Shown here in pieces: positions 15,329 through 28,563 of a DNA stretch of 64,000 bases. Every line of letters starts with the position of its first letter. Within the stretch, counting starts at the first letter, position 1. The notes beneath the pieces are model-generated. The model saw only the letters and a list, made by a program, of their open reading frames with translations, did no database searches and was not told the origin of the DNA. The position numbers were made by a program, and so were the translations under genes. This DNA is from the human T2T-CHM13v2.0 reference genome, Homo sapiens: NCBI RefSeq assembly GCF_009914755.1, contig NC_060927.1. One strand, 5' to 3'.

Positions 15329-16667
15329 CTTCTTGGATTTACCTACCTTTGGTCTTTGCTCTTGATCTTCGGATGGAGTTTTTGCATGGTTGTCCTTTTT
15401 GTTGATATTGTTGCTATTCCTTTCTGTTTGTTAGTTTTCCTTCTATCAGTCAGGCCCCTTTTCTGCAGGTCTGCTGGAGTTTGCTGGGGTTCCACTCCAG
15501 ATCCTGTTTGCCTGGGTATCACCAGTGGAGGCTGCAGAAGAGCAAATATTGCTGTGTGCTCCTCCCTCTGGAAGTTTGGTCCCAAAGGGGTGCCTGCCAG
15601 ATGCCCACTAGAGCTCTCTTCTAAGAGGTGTCTGTTGAACCCTGCTGGGAAGTGTCTCCCCATCAGGAGGCACAGGGTTTGGAGACCCACTTGAGGACGC
15701 AGTCTGTCCCTTAGCAGAGCTCAAGCCCTGTGCTGGGAGATCCACTGCTCTCTTTACAGCCAGCAAGCAGAAACGTTTAAGTCTGCTGGAGCTGCACCCA
15801 CAGCTGCCCCTTCCCTCAGGTGCTCTGTCCCAGGGAGAGGGGAGTTTCATCTATAAGCCCCTGACTAGGGCTGCTGCCTTTCTTTCAGAGATGCCCTGCC
15901 CAGAGAGGAGGAATCTAGACAGGCGGTCTGGCTACAGCAGCTTTGTGGAGCTGCAGTGGGCTCCGCCCAGTCAGAACTAGCTGGGAGCTTCATTTACACT
16001 GCGAGGGGAAAATCGCCTACTCATGCCTCAGTAATGGCAGATGCCCTTCCCCCACCAAGCTTGAGCATCCCAGGTCGATTTTAGAGTTCTGTGCTAGCAG
16101 CAAGATATTCAAGCCAGTGGGTCTTAGCTTGCTGGGCTCTGTGGGACTGGGATCCACTGAGCATGACCACTAGTATCACTGTCTTCAGCCCCTTTTCCAG
16201 GGGAATGAACTGTTCTGTCTTGCTGGTGTTCCAGGTGCCACTGGGATACAAACAAAAACTCTGGCATCTGGTTCGGTGTCTGTCCAAACGGCCACCCAGT
16301 TTAGTGCTTGAAACTCGGGGCCCATGTGGTGTAGGCACACAAGGGAATCTCCTGGTCTGTGGGTTGTGAAGACCCTGGGAAAAGCCTAGTATCTGGGCCA
16401 AATAGCTCCATCCCTCATGGCGTGGTCCCTCACAGATTCCCTTGTCGAGGGGGGGGAGTTCCCTCACCCCTTGAACTTCCCAAGTGAGGCAATGCCCCAC
16501 CCTGCTTCTGCTCATCCTCCATGGGCTGCACCCACTGTCTAACCAATCCCAATGACATGAACCAGGTACCTCAGTTGGAAATGCAGAAATCACCCGCCTT
16601 CTGCGTTGGCCTGGCTGGGAGCTGCAGATGGGAGCTGTTCCTATTTGGCCATCTTGCCCGGGAATCA
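15329..16667 (-). promoter_or_regulatory. L1PA7-like 5'UTR (internal sense promoter and antisense-promoter region)
   Basis: GC-rich ~1.3 kb upstream of ORF1, with the YY1-type AAGATGGCC motif at the 5' end. CpGs are largely decayed, so activity is unknown. Confidence 0.7.
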
Positions 16668-19600
16668 TTTTATGTCTTAACATATCTATTCTGAAGAATG
16701 TTCCAAGTACTGATTAGAGGGAATGTGTATACTGTAGCTGTTGGGTGAAATGTTCTGTAAATTAATGTTAGATCCATTAGTCTAAAGTGCAGTTTAAATC
16801 TAGTATTTCTTTGTTAGTTTTCTGTCTAGATGATCTGCTTAATGCTGAGAGTGGAGTGTTGAAGTCCCCAACTATTATTGTATTGGAATTCCTCTTCCTT
16901 TAAATCTAATATTTGTTTTATGTATCTGGATGCTCTGGTGTCGGATGAATATATGGTTCAGGATTTTTATTTCCTCTTGCTGGACTGATCCTTTTATCAT
17001 GATATAATGACTTTTTGTGTCTCTTTGAACTGTTTTTGATTTTAATGTCTGTTTTATGAAGTATAGCTACTCCTGCTCATTTGTGGTTTTCATATTCATC
17101 CAATATCTTTTTTCATCCCTTTACTTTCAATCTATATGTCTTTAAGGTGAGGTGAGTTTCTTGTAAGCAGCATATAGGTGGATCATGTTTTTAAAATTCA
17201 TTTAGCCACTCTATCCTTTAAGTGAAAAGTTTAATCTGTTTACATTCAAGATTATTATTGATATGGGAGGGCTTACTCCTATTATTTTATTAATTGAGCT
17301 ATTGTTATTTTGAATATTCTTTGTTTCTTTCTCTCCTGTTTATCATTGTGTTTTGTTTTCTGTAGTTGTAACCATTGGACCCTTTCCTTTCCTTATGGTG
17401 TGTTTGCTCTACCAGTGTTTTTTATACTTTTGTGAGTTTTCATGATGGTAGATAGTATCTTTTTGTTTCCAGGTGTAGGACTCCCTTAAAGCATTTTTTA
17501 CAGGACAATACTAGTGGTGATGAATTCCTTCAGCTTTTGCTTGTTTGAGAAATACTTTATTTGTCCTCCTTTTATAAAGGATAATTTTGCTGGATCCTTG
17601 GCTGGCAATTTTTTCTTTCAGTATTTAAAATGTATCATTCTGTTATCTCCTGGCTTGTAAGATGTCTACTGCTTATATGTCTACTGTTAGTCTGGTTGGG
17701 GTTCCCTTATAAGTCATTAGATTCTTTATCTTGCTGTTGTTTGAATTCTCTTTGTCTTTCACTTTTGACAGTTGGGCTACACTCTGCCATGAATAAGAGT
17801 TTTTTAATTATATCTTTTTGAAAGTCTTTGAGCTTTCTGTATCTTAATATCTAAATTTCTTGCTAGACTTAGGAAGTTTTCAGCTATTATTTTGTTAAAT
17901 AGGTTTTCTGTGTCTTTCATTTTCTCTTTGCCTGATGGGACACTGGAAATTCAAATATTTGGTCACTTTATGGCATCCTATACATTATGTGGGCATTCTT
18001 CATTCTTTTTTATTCTTTTTTAAAATTTTTATCTGGTTTATTTCAGACAACCTGTCTTCAAGTTCCGAAATTCTTTTTTCTCCTTGATCTAGTCTGTTAT
18101 TAAAGCTTTTGAATGTATTTTGTATGGCATTTGGTGAATCTTTGGTTTCAGAATTTGTTTGGTTCTTTATTATGATATCTGTCTCTTAATAAATTTCTTA
18201 CTTATATCCTTGATTATTTTTCTGATTTCTTTGTATTGTTCATTTGTGTTCTCTTATATCCCACTGAACTTTTTAATATCATTAATTTGAATTCGTTTTC
18301 CAGAATGTCATAAATTTATTTTGCATTGAAATCTGTTGCTGGAAAATTGTTGTGATCCTTTGGAGGTTTCATATATCCCTGCTTTTTTTGTTTCTTGTGT
18401 CCTTACATTGATATCTGTACCTCTGATATAATAGTTGCTTCTTTCAATTTTTTTTAATTTGCTTTTGTAGAGGAGGTTTTCCTGAAGAGGTATCCATGAT
18501 GTTGGTTGGGTAGGTCACTTCAGCTTTGATTCTGGGTATGCAGTAGTGTAGTCTCTGTATGATTTTTTTTTTTTTTTTTTTTTGGCTGTAAACAACATCA
18601 GTAGTGTCTGTGATTTCCTTTCTTAGTTACATAGGGTATGGTTGTTAGTGGAGGCTGTGATGAAGTTTTTCAGGGATGGGGATGTCAGGTAAGTCAGGTA
18701 AGTCAGTCCTGGGGCCCCAGTGGTAGCAGCAGCAGGCTGTGTGTTCCTGTTTTGGGGCCCCAGGGCGGCATATGCTTGCAGCACTATTGCCAGGTCCTGT
18801 TGGGCCAATTATTGGGTCACCAGGTGGCTTTCTCTGGTGCTGATAGTAACAGTGGTGGGCTCGGTGGGTGGGAAGATCTTCAGGCCCCTGGGCATCAGAA
18901 ATTGCTTGATTAATGGCAGTAGCAGTGGTAGGACAACCCTCTGACTCCCAGGGAGTCCACACTGGTGCTGGTGGTGGCTGTGACAGGATGAACAGATCAG
19001 TACTCAGGCCTGCAGGTGGCATGTACAGGTGGTGCCAGCTGTAGTAGTAACAGCAGGTTGGATGGGCTTGTTCTCAGGCCCCTGTGAGGGATGCCAACAA
19101 TGGTGGATGGGGCAGGGTGATCCCCAGGCATGCTTGTGCATGGATGATGCAGGGCCAGCCTGTGTGGGTCTATCCTCAGGCTCCATGTGATGTGTGCAGG
19201 CACTGGCTAGGGTAGACAGGGATAGGGTAATTCCCAGGACCCCAGATGAATGCTTGGGTGGGGGCAGCAGTGGTTGTGCTGCAGTCCTACTACTGAGGAG
19301 GGCAAAGTTGTTTTCAGTGGCAGCAACCATAAACAGGCAGCTGGGGAATGAACACATTGGTCTCAGTTGGTGGCTTCGGGCAGGATAGCATCTCATGGCA
19401 CTTGTAGATGTGTGGTGTCCCCACTACTGGGGATTGTGGGGTCACTGACAGTGGCTCATGATTCACGCCTGGTGGCAGCAGCCAGAAGTGGCACCTGGCT
19501 GTGGGCAAGGGATGTCAATTGGGCTTCAGAAATGTGGAGATGAAGAGGCTGTTGGACCCCAGGGTAGGATGCAGTCTGGTAGGGGCTGGGCTCTCAAAGT

Positions 19601-22600
19601 GGCACCTTGCTATAGCTGCTTAGGACTTGGCGGCTGTATGGAATCCAGTGTGAATTCCCTTCCTCAAGCAATGCTGTCATGTGATCTTCAGGCAGCTCCC
19701 TGTGTTAGTCTCAGGACTCACAAGGGTTAAGAGACTCCACAGTGGCTAAGACTGCAGGAGTCTGTGGTGGGAATCTGTAGCAATTGGGTGTTGTTCACTT
19801 ACCCTTTTCCCACAGTTGGGAACCTCTACAGGCTTCCAGTTGATCCCAGCAGAGCATGTTACCTTGCTTTTCTCCCTTTCATTGCCTTAGGTGTTTCCTG
19901 TTACTTCTCTACTGAAAGTGTTCTCTGTTAGGTGTTCCATTGTCTGCTTGCTGTTTAGGTTCTTTTTTGTGGAGGAGTGAGTACCACATTCCTCTATTCA
20001 GCCACCTTGAATATGCATTCTTGACTGGCTTCTTTAACATATGTCAATATATTCAAGGTCATCCATATTGTAGCATGCATTACTACTTCATTCATTTTAT
20101 TATAATATTATATTTTATAGATATAGAATGTTATATGTATCCATTCTTTACAAGATGGGCATTTGGATTGTTTCTACTTTTTGGCTTTTATGAATAATGC
20201 TGCTATAAATATTTGTGTACAAGTTTTTTCATGGACATATGTTTTCAATTTTCTTGGGTATATACCCAAGAGTGGAATTGTTGGGCCATATGGTAGCTGT
20301 ATGTTTAACTTTTTAAGGTCCTTTCAAACTATTTTCCAAAGTAATAAATTTTACATTCTTGTTAGCAGTGTGTGAGCATTCTAATTTCTCCATATCCTCT
20401 CCAAAAGTTGTCCATTTTGTAATTATATCCATCCTAGTGTGTGTGAAATGACATTTTATTGTGGTTTTGGTTGGCATTTTCCTAATGACTAATGATGTTG
20501 GACAGGTTTTCATGTGCCTATTGGCTATTTGCATATCTTCTCTTGAGAAAAGTCTATTCAAATACTTAGCCCATTTTTTAATTGGGGTATTTGTCTTTTT
20601 GTTGCTGAGTTGTAAGAATTTTTTATACATCTTGAATGAAGACCTTTTATCAGACGTATGATTCGCAAATACTTCTTTTCATCTTTTGGGTTGTCTTTTT
20701 GTTTTCTTGGTGATGTCATTTGAAGTACAAATGTTTTCAATTTTGAAAAAGTGCAATTTATCAAATTTGTCTTTGCTTGTGTTTTTGGTGCCATATTTAG
20801 GAAATCATTGCCTAACCAAAAGTCACAGAAATTTATGCCTGTGTTTTTTTCTAACAGTTTTCTAGTTTTAGCTCTTATATTTAAGTCTGAATAGGTTTTG
20901 AGTTAATTTTTGTATATGATGTGAGATAGGGGTCTAATCTTACTCTTTTACATGTGAATACACAGTTGTCCCAGCACCATTTGTTAAAAAGATTATTCTT
21001 TACTACCATTAAATTTTCTTGCCACCCTTGTCAAAATCATTTGAACAGAGGTATAAGTGCTTACTTCTGGACTACACATCTATTTCTTTGATCTATATGT
21101 CTATTCTTAGCCCACTGTCTTGATTATTATAGCTTTATAGTAAATTTGAAATTGAGAAGTGTGTGTCCCCCAGCTATGTTCTTCTTTTTGAAGATTGTTT
21201 TGGCTATTTGGGGACCTTTGCAATTATATATAAATTTTAGGATCAGCTTGTCAATTTCTGTAAAAAAACCAGCTAGGATTTTGATAGGGGTTGTATTGAA
21301 TCTGTAGATCAATTAGGTAAATATTGTCATGTAATGATATTGTCTTCCAGTCCATGAACATGGTATATCTTTCCATTTATTTAGGTCTTCTTTAACTTCT
21401 TTCAGTAATGTTCTGTAGTTTTCAGTGAACAAGCCTTGCACTTCTTTTGCTAAGCTTATTCCGAACTATTTTATTGTTTTGGTTGCTATTACAGTCAGGA
21501 TTGTTTCATTTTCTTATATTTTCAGATATTTCTTTGCCAGTTTATAGAACTACAATTGGCTTTTGTATATTGATCTTGTATTCTGCCACCTTGCTGAACA
21601 TATTTATTACTTCTAATAAATTTTTTTGTGGAAGGACTGCTTCAAATTTATCTATATCCCCTTTTAACTCTTCTCCAGGAGAACAGTAGCATCCAGTCTA
21701 ATTGATGAAAGCCCAACACACAAAGTGTGAGTCATGACTTATGGATCTTCTTTTATCTGGCACCGTGGCTTTTACTTTCCCTTCTCTTCAGCTTCTAGGT
21801 CCCATTTGTTGAGCCCAACTGAGCAGAGTCTCTATGAAGGGGAGGGTAATATGCACTCTCTCCCTCTCTGTACCAATTTATGTGTCTGTGACTAAGTATG
21901 TAAGTTAAGCTGAACTGTCTTCATAGGCACTAGGATTCACAAATCTTGATTACATGTGGGAGGTAGATGATAGAAGGTTTAATTATCCCATTTGCCTAAT
22001 TTTTAATCTGCTTTCTAGTCCTGTCAACTACTAGTACTACCAAAGAGTTCTGGATTTGGGTGGAAAATAGGTACTTGTAATTGCTAACAAAGCTGACACT
22101 TTGATACACATGTGTTTTTTTATTCTATTCTCTATCAAAACCTGAAGGAAAGGAGGGCTGAGTTGTACATCCGTATTTTGCCTATCTTAAAAGAATAGTT
22201 TTACATAACCAGCATCAACAAGAAAATTTTACTATTCTGGGAAATTCCATCTACTTTACTTAACTTTATTTTGAAATACATAGAGACTCTATGGTGTGTC
22301 TGCCCACCCAATTACCCTGAAGGATCTATAAAATATTCAAAGAAATAGTTAATGTCCACATACTAGGTTTTCTAGAGCAGCAAACCACTTTATGCACTAG
22401 GAGGGTCCCCAGACATAATTTATATATTGCCTGGGTATAGATAATACTGAATTTTCAAAGGTAATAGAAAGGAAGAGTAGAGGGGAGAAAATGGACAGAT
22501 GAATAAACAACTCAAGAAAGAAGAAAATAAAATTAATTTCTAGAATAAATACAGCAGGTCAGGATAATAGTCAAAAGCTATAGCTCACCACAAGAGATGA

Positions 22601-23399
22601 TTTATCTATTCATTTGTATATGAGTTATCAGTTGTCAATAAGGCTATAAAGGTTACATTATTTGAAGCGTACTAAAAGACCCCTTTCTTTTCCATCGAGC
22701 CCTAGTGGTCCCTCAAATTGCTTGTATTTCTGGAACCGCACCTTTAGCTTAAAACGATAACTTGTGAGAACCTCTAATAGACACAAATGTTAGTTAGAAG
22801 GGCTAGGATATCGGTAGGGAACTGTGTCCTAAAAGAATAAAAGGATATCATTGTAGTTCATGCATAAGGGGTTCATATACAGTGCTTTCTAGTAATTGGC
22901 TACAAAATCTAGGAAAAGTAATATTTTGAGATTGAAAAATCAACCCATAATAAATGGACTTAACCAATACAGACCAATCTGTCTAAGAGAAGAGTTGAAA
23001 TAAAATGTCAACCCTTTCAATTGCTTGACATAACTTCATGAGACATGTAATACATCATGGAATAAGGAGTTTAATATTAAAAATTTGTCAGTGTTTCCTA
23101 TTATCCGAAAGAGAGCTGTGTGTTCCTTATGGACTTCAAGATTATTTCCTGTCTTTATTTACTTTCCATGTCCCCATTATTGAGAAACAGTTGAAAAAGA
23201 TTTACTTCTCTACATAGGTAGCTTTTCCTCTTAATTTAGTCTTGGAGTTTCTGTATTACTAATTGATTTCTTGAAAGTTGAGTGAACTTTAGTCACCTAG
23301 AGCCTCATCATCTCTAAATGAACTAATAGCATTCCACTCTTGCTTTTACATAGCTGAAAAATGCATCAAGAATAATGGAACTCACACTGAAACAATATC

Positions 23400-23826
23400 A
23401 TTATTGGGACACTACCTTAGCAGCCAAATGGTTTTTCTTTCTCTGACAGTTTTCCTTAACGGTATCACTTACAGCTGGGGGGTCGGGGGGTGCTATTGAA
23501 ATCATGCCTAAAATATTTAAAATCAAGGCAAGGCCTTGTGGGTGTTGCAGTGAGAAGGAAGGAGAGGGAGGGTGCTGGATGACTTGGTCGGTCAGAGACT
23601 GTATCACAAAAAACTGGGTCCAAAGGGGGAGATAAAAGAAAATGAAATAGGATAAAGAAGAAGACAGTGTGATGATATTTGGACGGATATAAAACTGTCT
23701 TTGACTCTGCCATTACCTTGGACAACTTACATGTTGCTATCATGCTTGGTGTTCTTGTGTTTGGATTGAGAATATTATTGAGGCACTACCTTAGCAGCCA
23801 ACTGGTTTTTCCTTCTCTGACAGTTT
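23400..23826 (+). repeat. Dispersed 53-bp direct repeat (23400-23452 and 23774-23826)
   Basis: 49/53 identical, 374 bp apart, in sequence I cannot assign to a known repeat. Confidence 0.92.
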
Positions 23827-25764
23827 GGACTTTTTAGGGATAATCCAGCACAGTACCTGACACCTACGACATTCTCAAAAAATATTAGCATTCTTGTATT
23901 CCTTTCTGTGTCTAAACTAGGGGCTGCTCCCAATATTGGCCAAACATCAGGCTTACTGACCAGTTTAAATTTGGATTTGGCTTTAGGGTAACACTCACAC
24001 ATTTCTTTACTAGGCATGAGCATCAGATGAATGTCTACTTAGTTCTCTCATGCAGTCTTCCCCCACCTTCACAGACACAGTAGTAGATCAACACAAATAT
24101 GAATTTTTTCTGGAGATCAGATCCTGGATATTTAATCTGTTTTTGGAACATAAAGTGGGTCCTTAGATCACAGCCACCCCAGCAGTGACTAGCGGTAAGT
24201 GATCACAGTTTGTTCTTTTTGATGAAAACAATTTCCCTCATACCTTGAACATCATTATGAATTCATGAGGCTCTGTTATTATCTGCTTTGTGTCACTTTT
24301 GTGAATTTCCTCCTCTGCCTTCTCCATCCCTCAGAAAGGGTACAATTACGAATTCAGAAAACAATTGAGCTTCGAGTTTGAAGCATTTCACCCTTGGCAA
24401 CTAGAATCTTTAATCATTATGCACACTGTAAGTGAAAAAATAAAAGCTAATACTTTATCTTGGTGAACAAGAGTCAGTACTTGCCGTGTAGATGTCTCAA
24501 AGTACTGATAATATAGGTGAAAAACAAACTGTAATTTTAGTCTTTGATTGTAGAGAGACTTTGCGTTATATTAGAGTGGTTTATGCAGTACAGTTTTGTG
24601 GACCTTTTAGTCGAGTTGCTCAAGTCCAAAGACAACTGGAACCTCTTCTCCCTTAATGTATAATTTTTGAAAACAATAGTTTTAAAAAAATGATCATTTT
24701 TATACCCTTGAGTCAAGTGTGTATGCTTGTGAATGTACTTGTTAATTACTTTACGTCTGTTTATTTATATTTATTAATATGAAATGCTTTAATAATGTTT
24801 ATTTCCCACAGGTTTACTGATTTTTCAGTGAGATTTCTTAAAAGTGACCTTTTCCCTCTTAACTATGATTATTTGTAACCATCTCTTAATGTATCATATC
24901 ATGTAAATGTCTGTTTGACAATATTTCTATGTAGGAATGATGTCACACATTGAACAAATCTCCAATACCTTAATTACTTCAACAGGTGAATGAAAATATA
25001 TGCCCATTTAAACAAGCTGTGTTGCTGCTGCTGTTGTTCAAAAATATTCAACACCTATTGTATACTCGTCATTGCACTGTTATAGAAGCAGATGAACCAA
25101 TATTCCACTGAAAAGATACGGCCCCTTCCTGCCATTAAGAAAATTTTAATCTCCATCAGAGAAAGGAATTAAACATACATATGTGAAGAATCTGAAGAAC
25201 ACACTGTTACCTTTACTTATCTCCTTTTTCTCATATTGCTCCCTCAATCTAGAAAATCTATTTACCTTTATTCTTTCACTCTTGTTGACATAATGTCCTA
25301 GAATGCAAGAGAAGCAATAAGGGAAACATATATAAGCATTAAGAAGTAGTTAAATAAATAAGAAGAAATTGATTGAAGAGAGAGATCCTTTAAAGGATGT
25401 CCATGTTGTTTTAAAAATTCTTATGAAAACAAAACCCTGTGCTGCAAAGTAGCCCATAATCAAACGTATAACCATGAGTTCAGAATTTTTATTTGAGCAA
25501 ATATAAGTAGAAATGTATGACCAAAACTCAAAGGACAGTCTTGTCATAAAGGATGGAAGGGTGTCATAAATGAAATTCTACGTAATCAGTGGAGCAGAAA
25601 AGATAAAGGAAACTCAAGAAACCAATTTGGCTACATATAGAGTTCTTTGGCAAACGTGTATAATGATGAAAGATGTTAAAGTATGGAAAAAAAAAATAAG
25701 AATATCCAAGAATGTGAAGATAAGAGGTGGCACAGCCTATTTTTGAGAGGTCTTGAGTGATAGT

Positions 25765-26510
25765 TTATGGAGTTCTGTCTCAGCCTCTTCTCATTGAACA
25801 TCATCAAGAACTTGGAAGAGAACATTAGCTTTGTGCTTGACATGCTTGCCCAAAATATCATACGATAAGGACTATCCTAAAAGCTCCTGACAGCCTCAGA
25901 AAAGGGTTAGATTTTACCAAGGGAAATGTAAGCTCATCAATGTAGAGTTATGCACACATTTAAAGAACATCTGCCCCTGAATGAAATAGGGAATGAACTT
26001 ACCAGCAACACATATGATGGTTGACAGTAAGTTCAGCATGACTCAGTAATGTGGTATGTCTGCTTGGTGACTTAATTTGATGCTTGAATGCAGATCAAAG
26101 ATTGTGCTGATGAACCACACTTGGAGGAGTGTGCTCCATTCCGGGTACCACATCTTAAGGGGCATGTTGGCCAACTGGACTGTGTCCAGCACAGAGGAGT
26201 GAGAGTAGAATGAAAAGGGAATTGCAAACAGCCTTGCAGAAAAACACGTATGAACAGGGCATTTAGCCTAGAGAAGAGGAGATACTCATAGAGATGTAAT
26301 AATTGTCTTCAGATTCTGGAAGGGCTGATCTCTGGAAAAGTGATTATGATTGATCTCTGTGTCTAGGAGAAGAAAACCAGGACAGAAGAGTTGGAACTAG
26401 GGTGGGGCAGGTTTTGGATGAATAATGAGATATAACATCTAAAATAGTCCAGATATGGAGTCAGTTTCATCAGGAGATCTGTCTTGTTAATGATGTTTAA
26501 ATGGAAAGCC
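25765..26510 (+). mobile_element. L3/CR1 LINE 3' fragment
   Basis: accacacttggaggagtgtgctccattccgggtaccacatcttaagg...tttagcctagagaagaggaga matches the recalled L3 consensus. Confidence 0.8.
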
Positions 26511-26769
26511 CTGTGTCCAAGTTTGTCCAAGTCCTGCGGTCTACCTGATGCCTCCGCTCCTTCCTAGGCTCTATCTGCTCTCTATTTACAGAGTCTTCCA
26601 AGACCTCCCTTTTCCACTCAACTTCTCTTCATCTATTTTATTCCCCTTCTATCTCTTCCAGGCTCCTTATTTCTTCCCAAACCTTCTAAGCCCTCTTTGT
26701 TACCTAGTCCTTTAAAACACCCCAAATACCATCCGACATTCTCAGCCTGAAAAACTCAACCTTTCTCAT

Positions 26770-27000
26770 CAAAGCACAAATCATGTGTCTACTCATGAAG
26801 TTAGTTGAGCCCCTTCATCATTTGTATTTCCACAGCACTCTCTTCCTGCCATAGCAATGGCATTTACTGACTTACGTTGTAATGATCCATTTGTGTACAT
26901 CTCCCTTATAATGAAGTTAGGAATCCTGACTTCATCATTGTGTTGTCCTCAGCTTTAAGGCAGTGCCACAGAATACATGAATAAAGGTTGACGAATAGCT
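26770..27000 (+). mobile_element. L2 3' fragment
   Basis: Degenerate L2 3' end (...cagtgccacagaatacatgaataaaggttgacgaat). Confidence 0.5.
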
Positions 27001-27401
27001 GGCAGAGGCATGGTAGAAAGGATTGGGGCATCAGATTGAACTTAGGACTGAGGAACCTCTGAGGTTCCCTTGAACTCAGTAATTCCATGTTTCTATGTGG
27101 CACTACCTCTAAAGATGATTTCCATATGGGGAGCTCCAAAAACATTTAAAGGAATGGTAAACTTATTACACAAGTAGCTAATCACCCCAAAGTGATGATT
27201 TTGAATGGTCAGCACTCTTCTGTGATAGTTGTATGTTGTTTTATGGTCGCAATTGATATTGTAAAGTAGGCAGAATGCAGGATTCCTCAGGGAAATGTTA
27301 ATCAGAATAGAAGCTGCTGGGAGGTTTGCTTGATGAAATGATTCTGATAACATGATCTAGCAAGGGTAAAGAATTAGTCAACACCTTGAAATTCTGACTG
27401 T

Positions 27402-28021
27402 TTGTGGTCCTCAGCCCAGGGGAGTACCAACCCTGAAGTGGGCATTTGGAATGTATAGTGGTTTTGGTTGTCATGGTGTCTTGGTCTGTTTTCTGTTGCT
27501 GTAATAAAATACTTAAGACTGAATAATTTATAAAGGAAAGAGGTTGATTTAGTTCATGGTTCTGGAGGCTGGGAAGTCTAAGATGAGCAGCTGCATCTCC
27601 TGGCTTCTGGAGAGGGCTTTATGCTACCTCATAACACAGGAGAAGCAGAAGGTTAAGCAGCAGGCACCTGCAAAAGACACCAAACAGGAGCGGCAGCCTC
27701 ACTTTAACACAACTCTCTCTTGCAATAATTAATTCAGTCTTAATAGAGGTCCCTGAATGTATTCTCAAGAGAAAGGCATAAACCTCTCTTAAGGACCCAA
27801 ATTCCTCTCAAAGGCACTAACTTTCAACACCACCACACTGGGGACCAAACCTCAGCCTGAGTTTTGCTGGGGACATACCATAGTATATGGTGTCTGAGAC
27901 TGCTTCTGATATTAGTAGGCAGGAACCAGGAATGTGAACATACTTCAGTATGAGAAACAGTACAGCAACCAAAGAACTGTCTCATTCAAAATGACAATAA
28001 CACACCTCTCAAGAAACACTA
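27402..28021. mobile_element. hAT-Charlie MITE (MER20/MER112-like) split by an MST LTR
   Basis: Degenerate TIRs tgtggtcctcagcc and ctcaagaaacacta; MER20-like internal motifs ggcatttggaatgt..ttttggttgtca and caaagaactgtc..caaaatgacaata. Confidence 0.6.
27477..27885 (-). mobile_element. MaLR solo LTR (MSTB/MSTC-like)
   Basis: tgtcttggtctgttttctgttgctgtaataaaatac...ccatagta. 5-bp TSD catgg/tatgg. Confidence 0.88.
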
Positions 28022-28066
28022 TTTAATAATATAGTAAATAGATATGGTAAAGTAGAGCAAATCCAC

Positions 28067-28563
28067 TGTGGAAGAGACATCTCGTTTCCACCAATGATTA
28101 GCATTCCCTTTCCATAATAGGGAGTTTTTGCTGTGAAGTGGCTGCTCAGACAGAGACTGGATCTCCCAGCATTCTTCATATTTGGATGTAGCCATGTGTC
28201 TGAGTTCTATCTGGCCAATGATATGTAGGCAAAAGTATTTATGTACTTTTGTAAATGTAAAAAATGTAAGAAAAATATTTATTGGGTCTCATGTATCACT
28301 TGTTGACCTGGTGAATAAAAATCTTCTGTATAATTCTCCATTCTCTCTTCCCTTTATACTAGCTGGATGTCAATGTCCAAGGTAACCTAGGAACCTACCT
28401 TTAGCCTAGGTCCCTGAATGACTGCCTACAGCAGAGCATTGCAGTTCTTCCTCCCATCTACTGACTGGACTTCACATGAGCAAAAAGTAAACTTCCATTG
28501 TGTGAAGCTAATGAAGTTTCGGGTTTATCCGTTACAGCAGCTAGTATGAGTATAACTAATTCA
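28067..28563 (+). mobile_element. MaLR solo LTR (MLT1J-like)
   Basis: tgtggaagagac...gccatgtgtctgagttctatctggccaatgatatgt...gttacagcagc...actaattca. Confidence 0.8.

Larger units (their letters stand above)
10201..16667 (-). mobile_element. Full-length primate LINE-1, L1PA7-like (~6.47 kb), inactive
   Basis: 3' end ttatactttaagttctgggatacatgtgcagaac. 5' end is the reverse complement of ggcaagatggccaaataggaacagctcc. ORF1 and ORF2 remnants are present. TSD ttttatgtctt at 10190-10200 and 16668-16678. Confidence 0.96.

Noticed and set aside
16081-16683. Longest ORF in the track (200 aa, minus strand)
   Set aside because: It lies in the GC-rich L1PA 5'UTR, where stop-poor frames are expected, and shows no recognisable domain.
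18623-19730. Cluster of overlapping 60-130 aa ORFs
   Set aside because: All fall inside the GC-rich L1MA 5'UTR on both strands and are chance frames.
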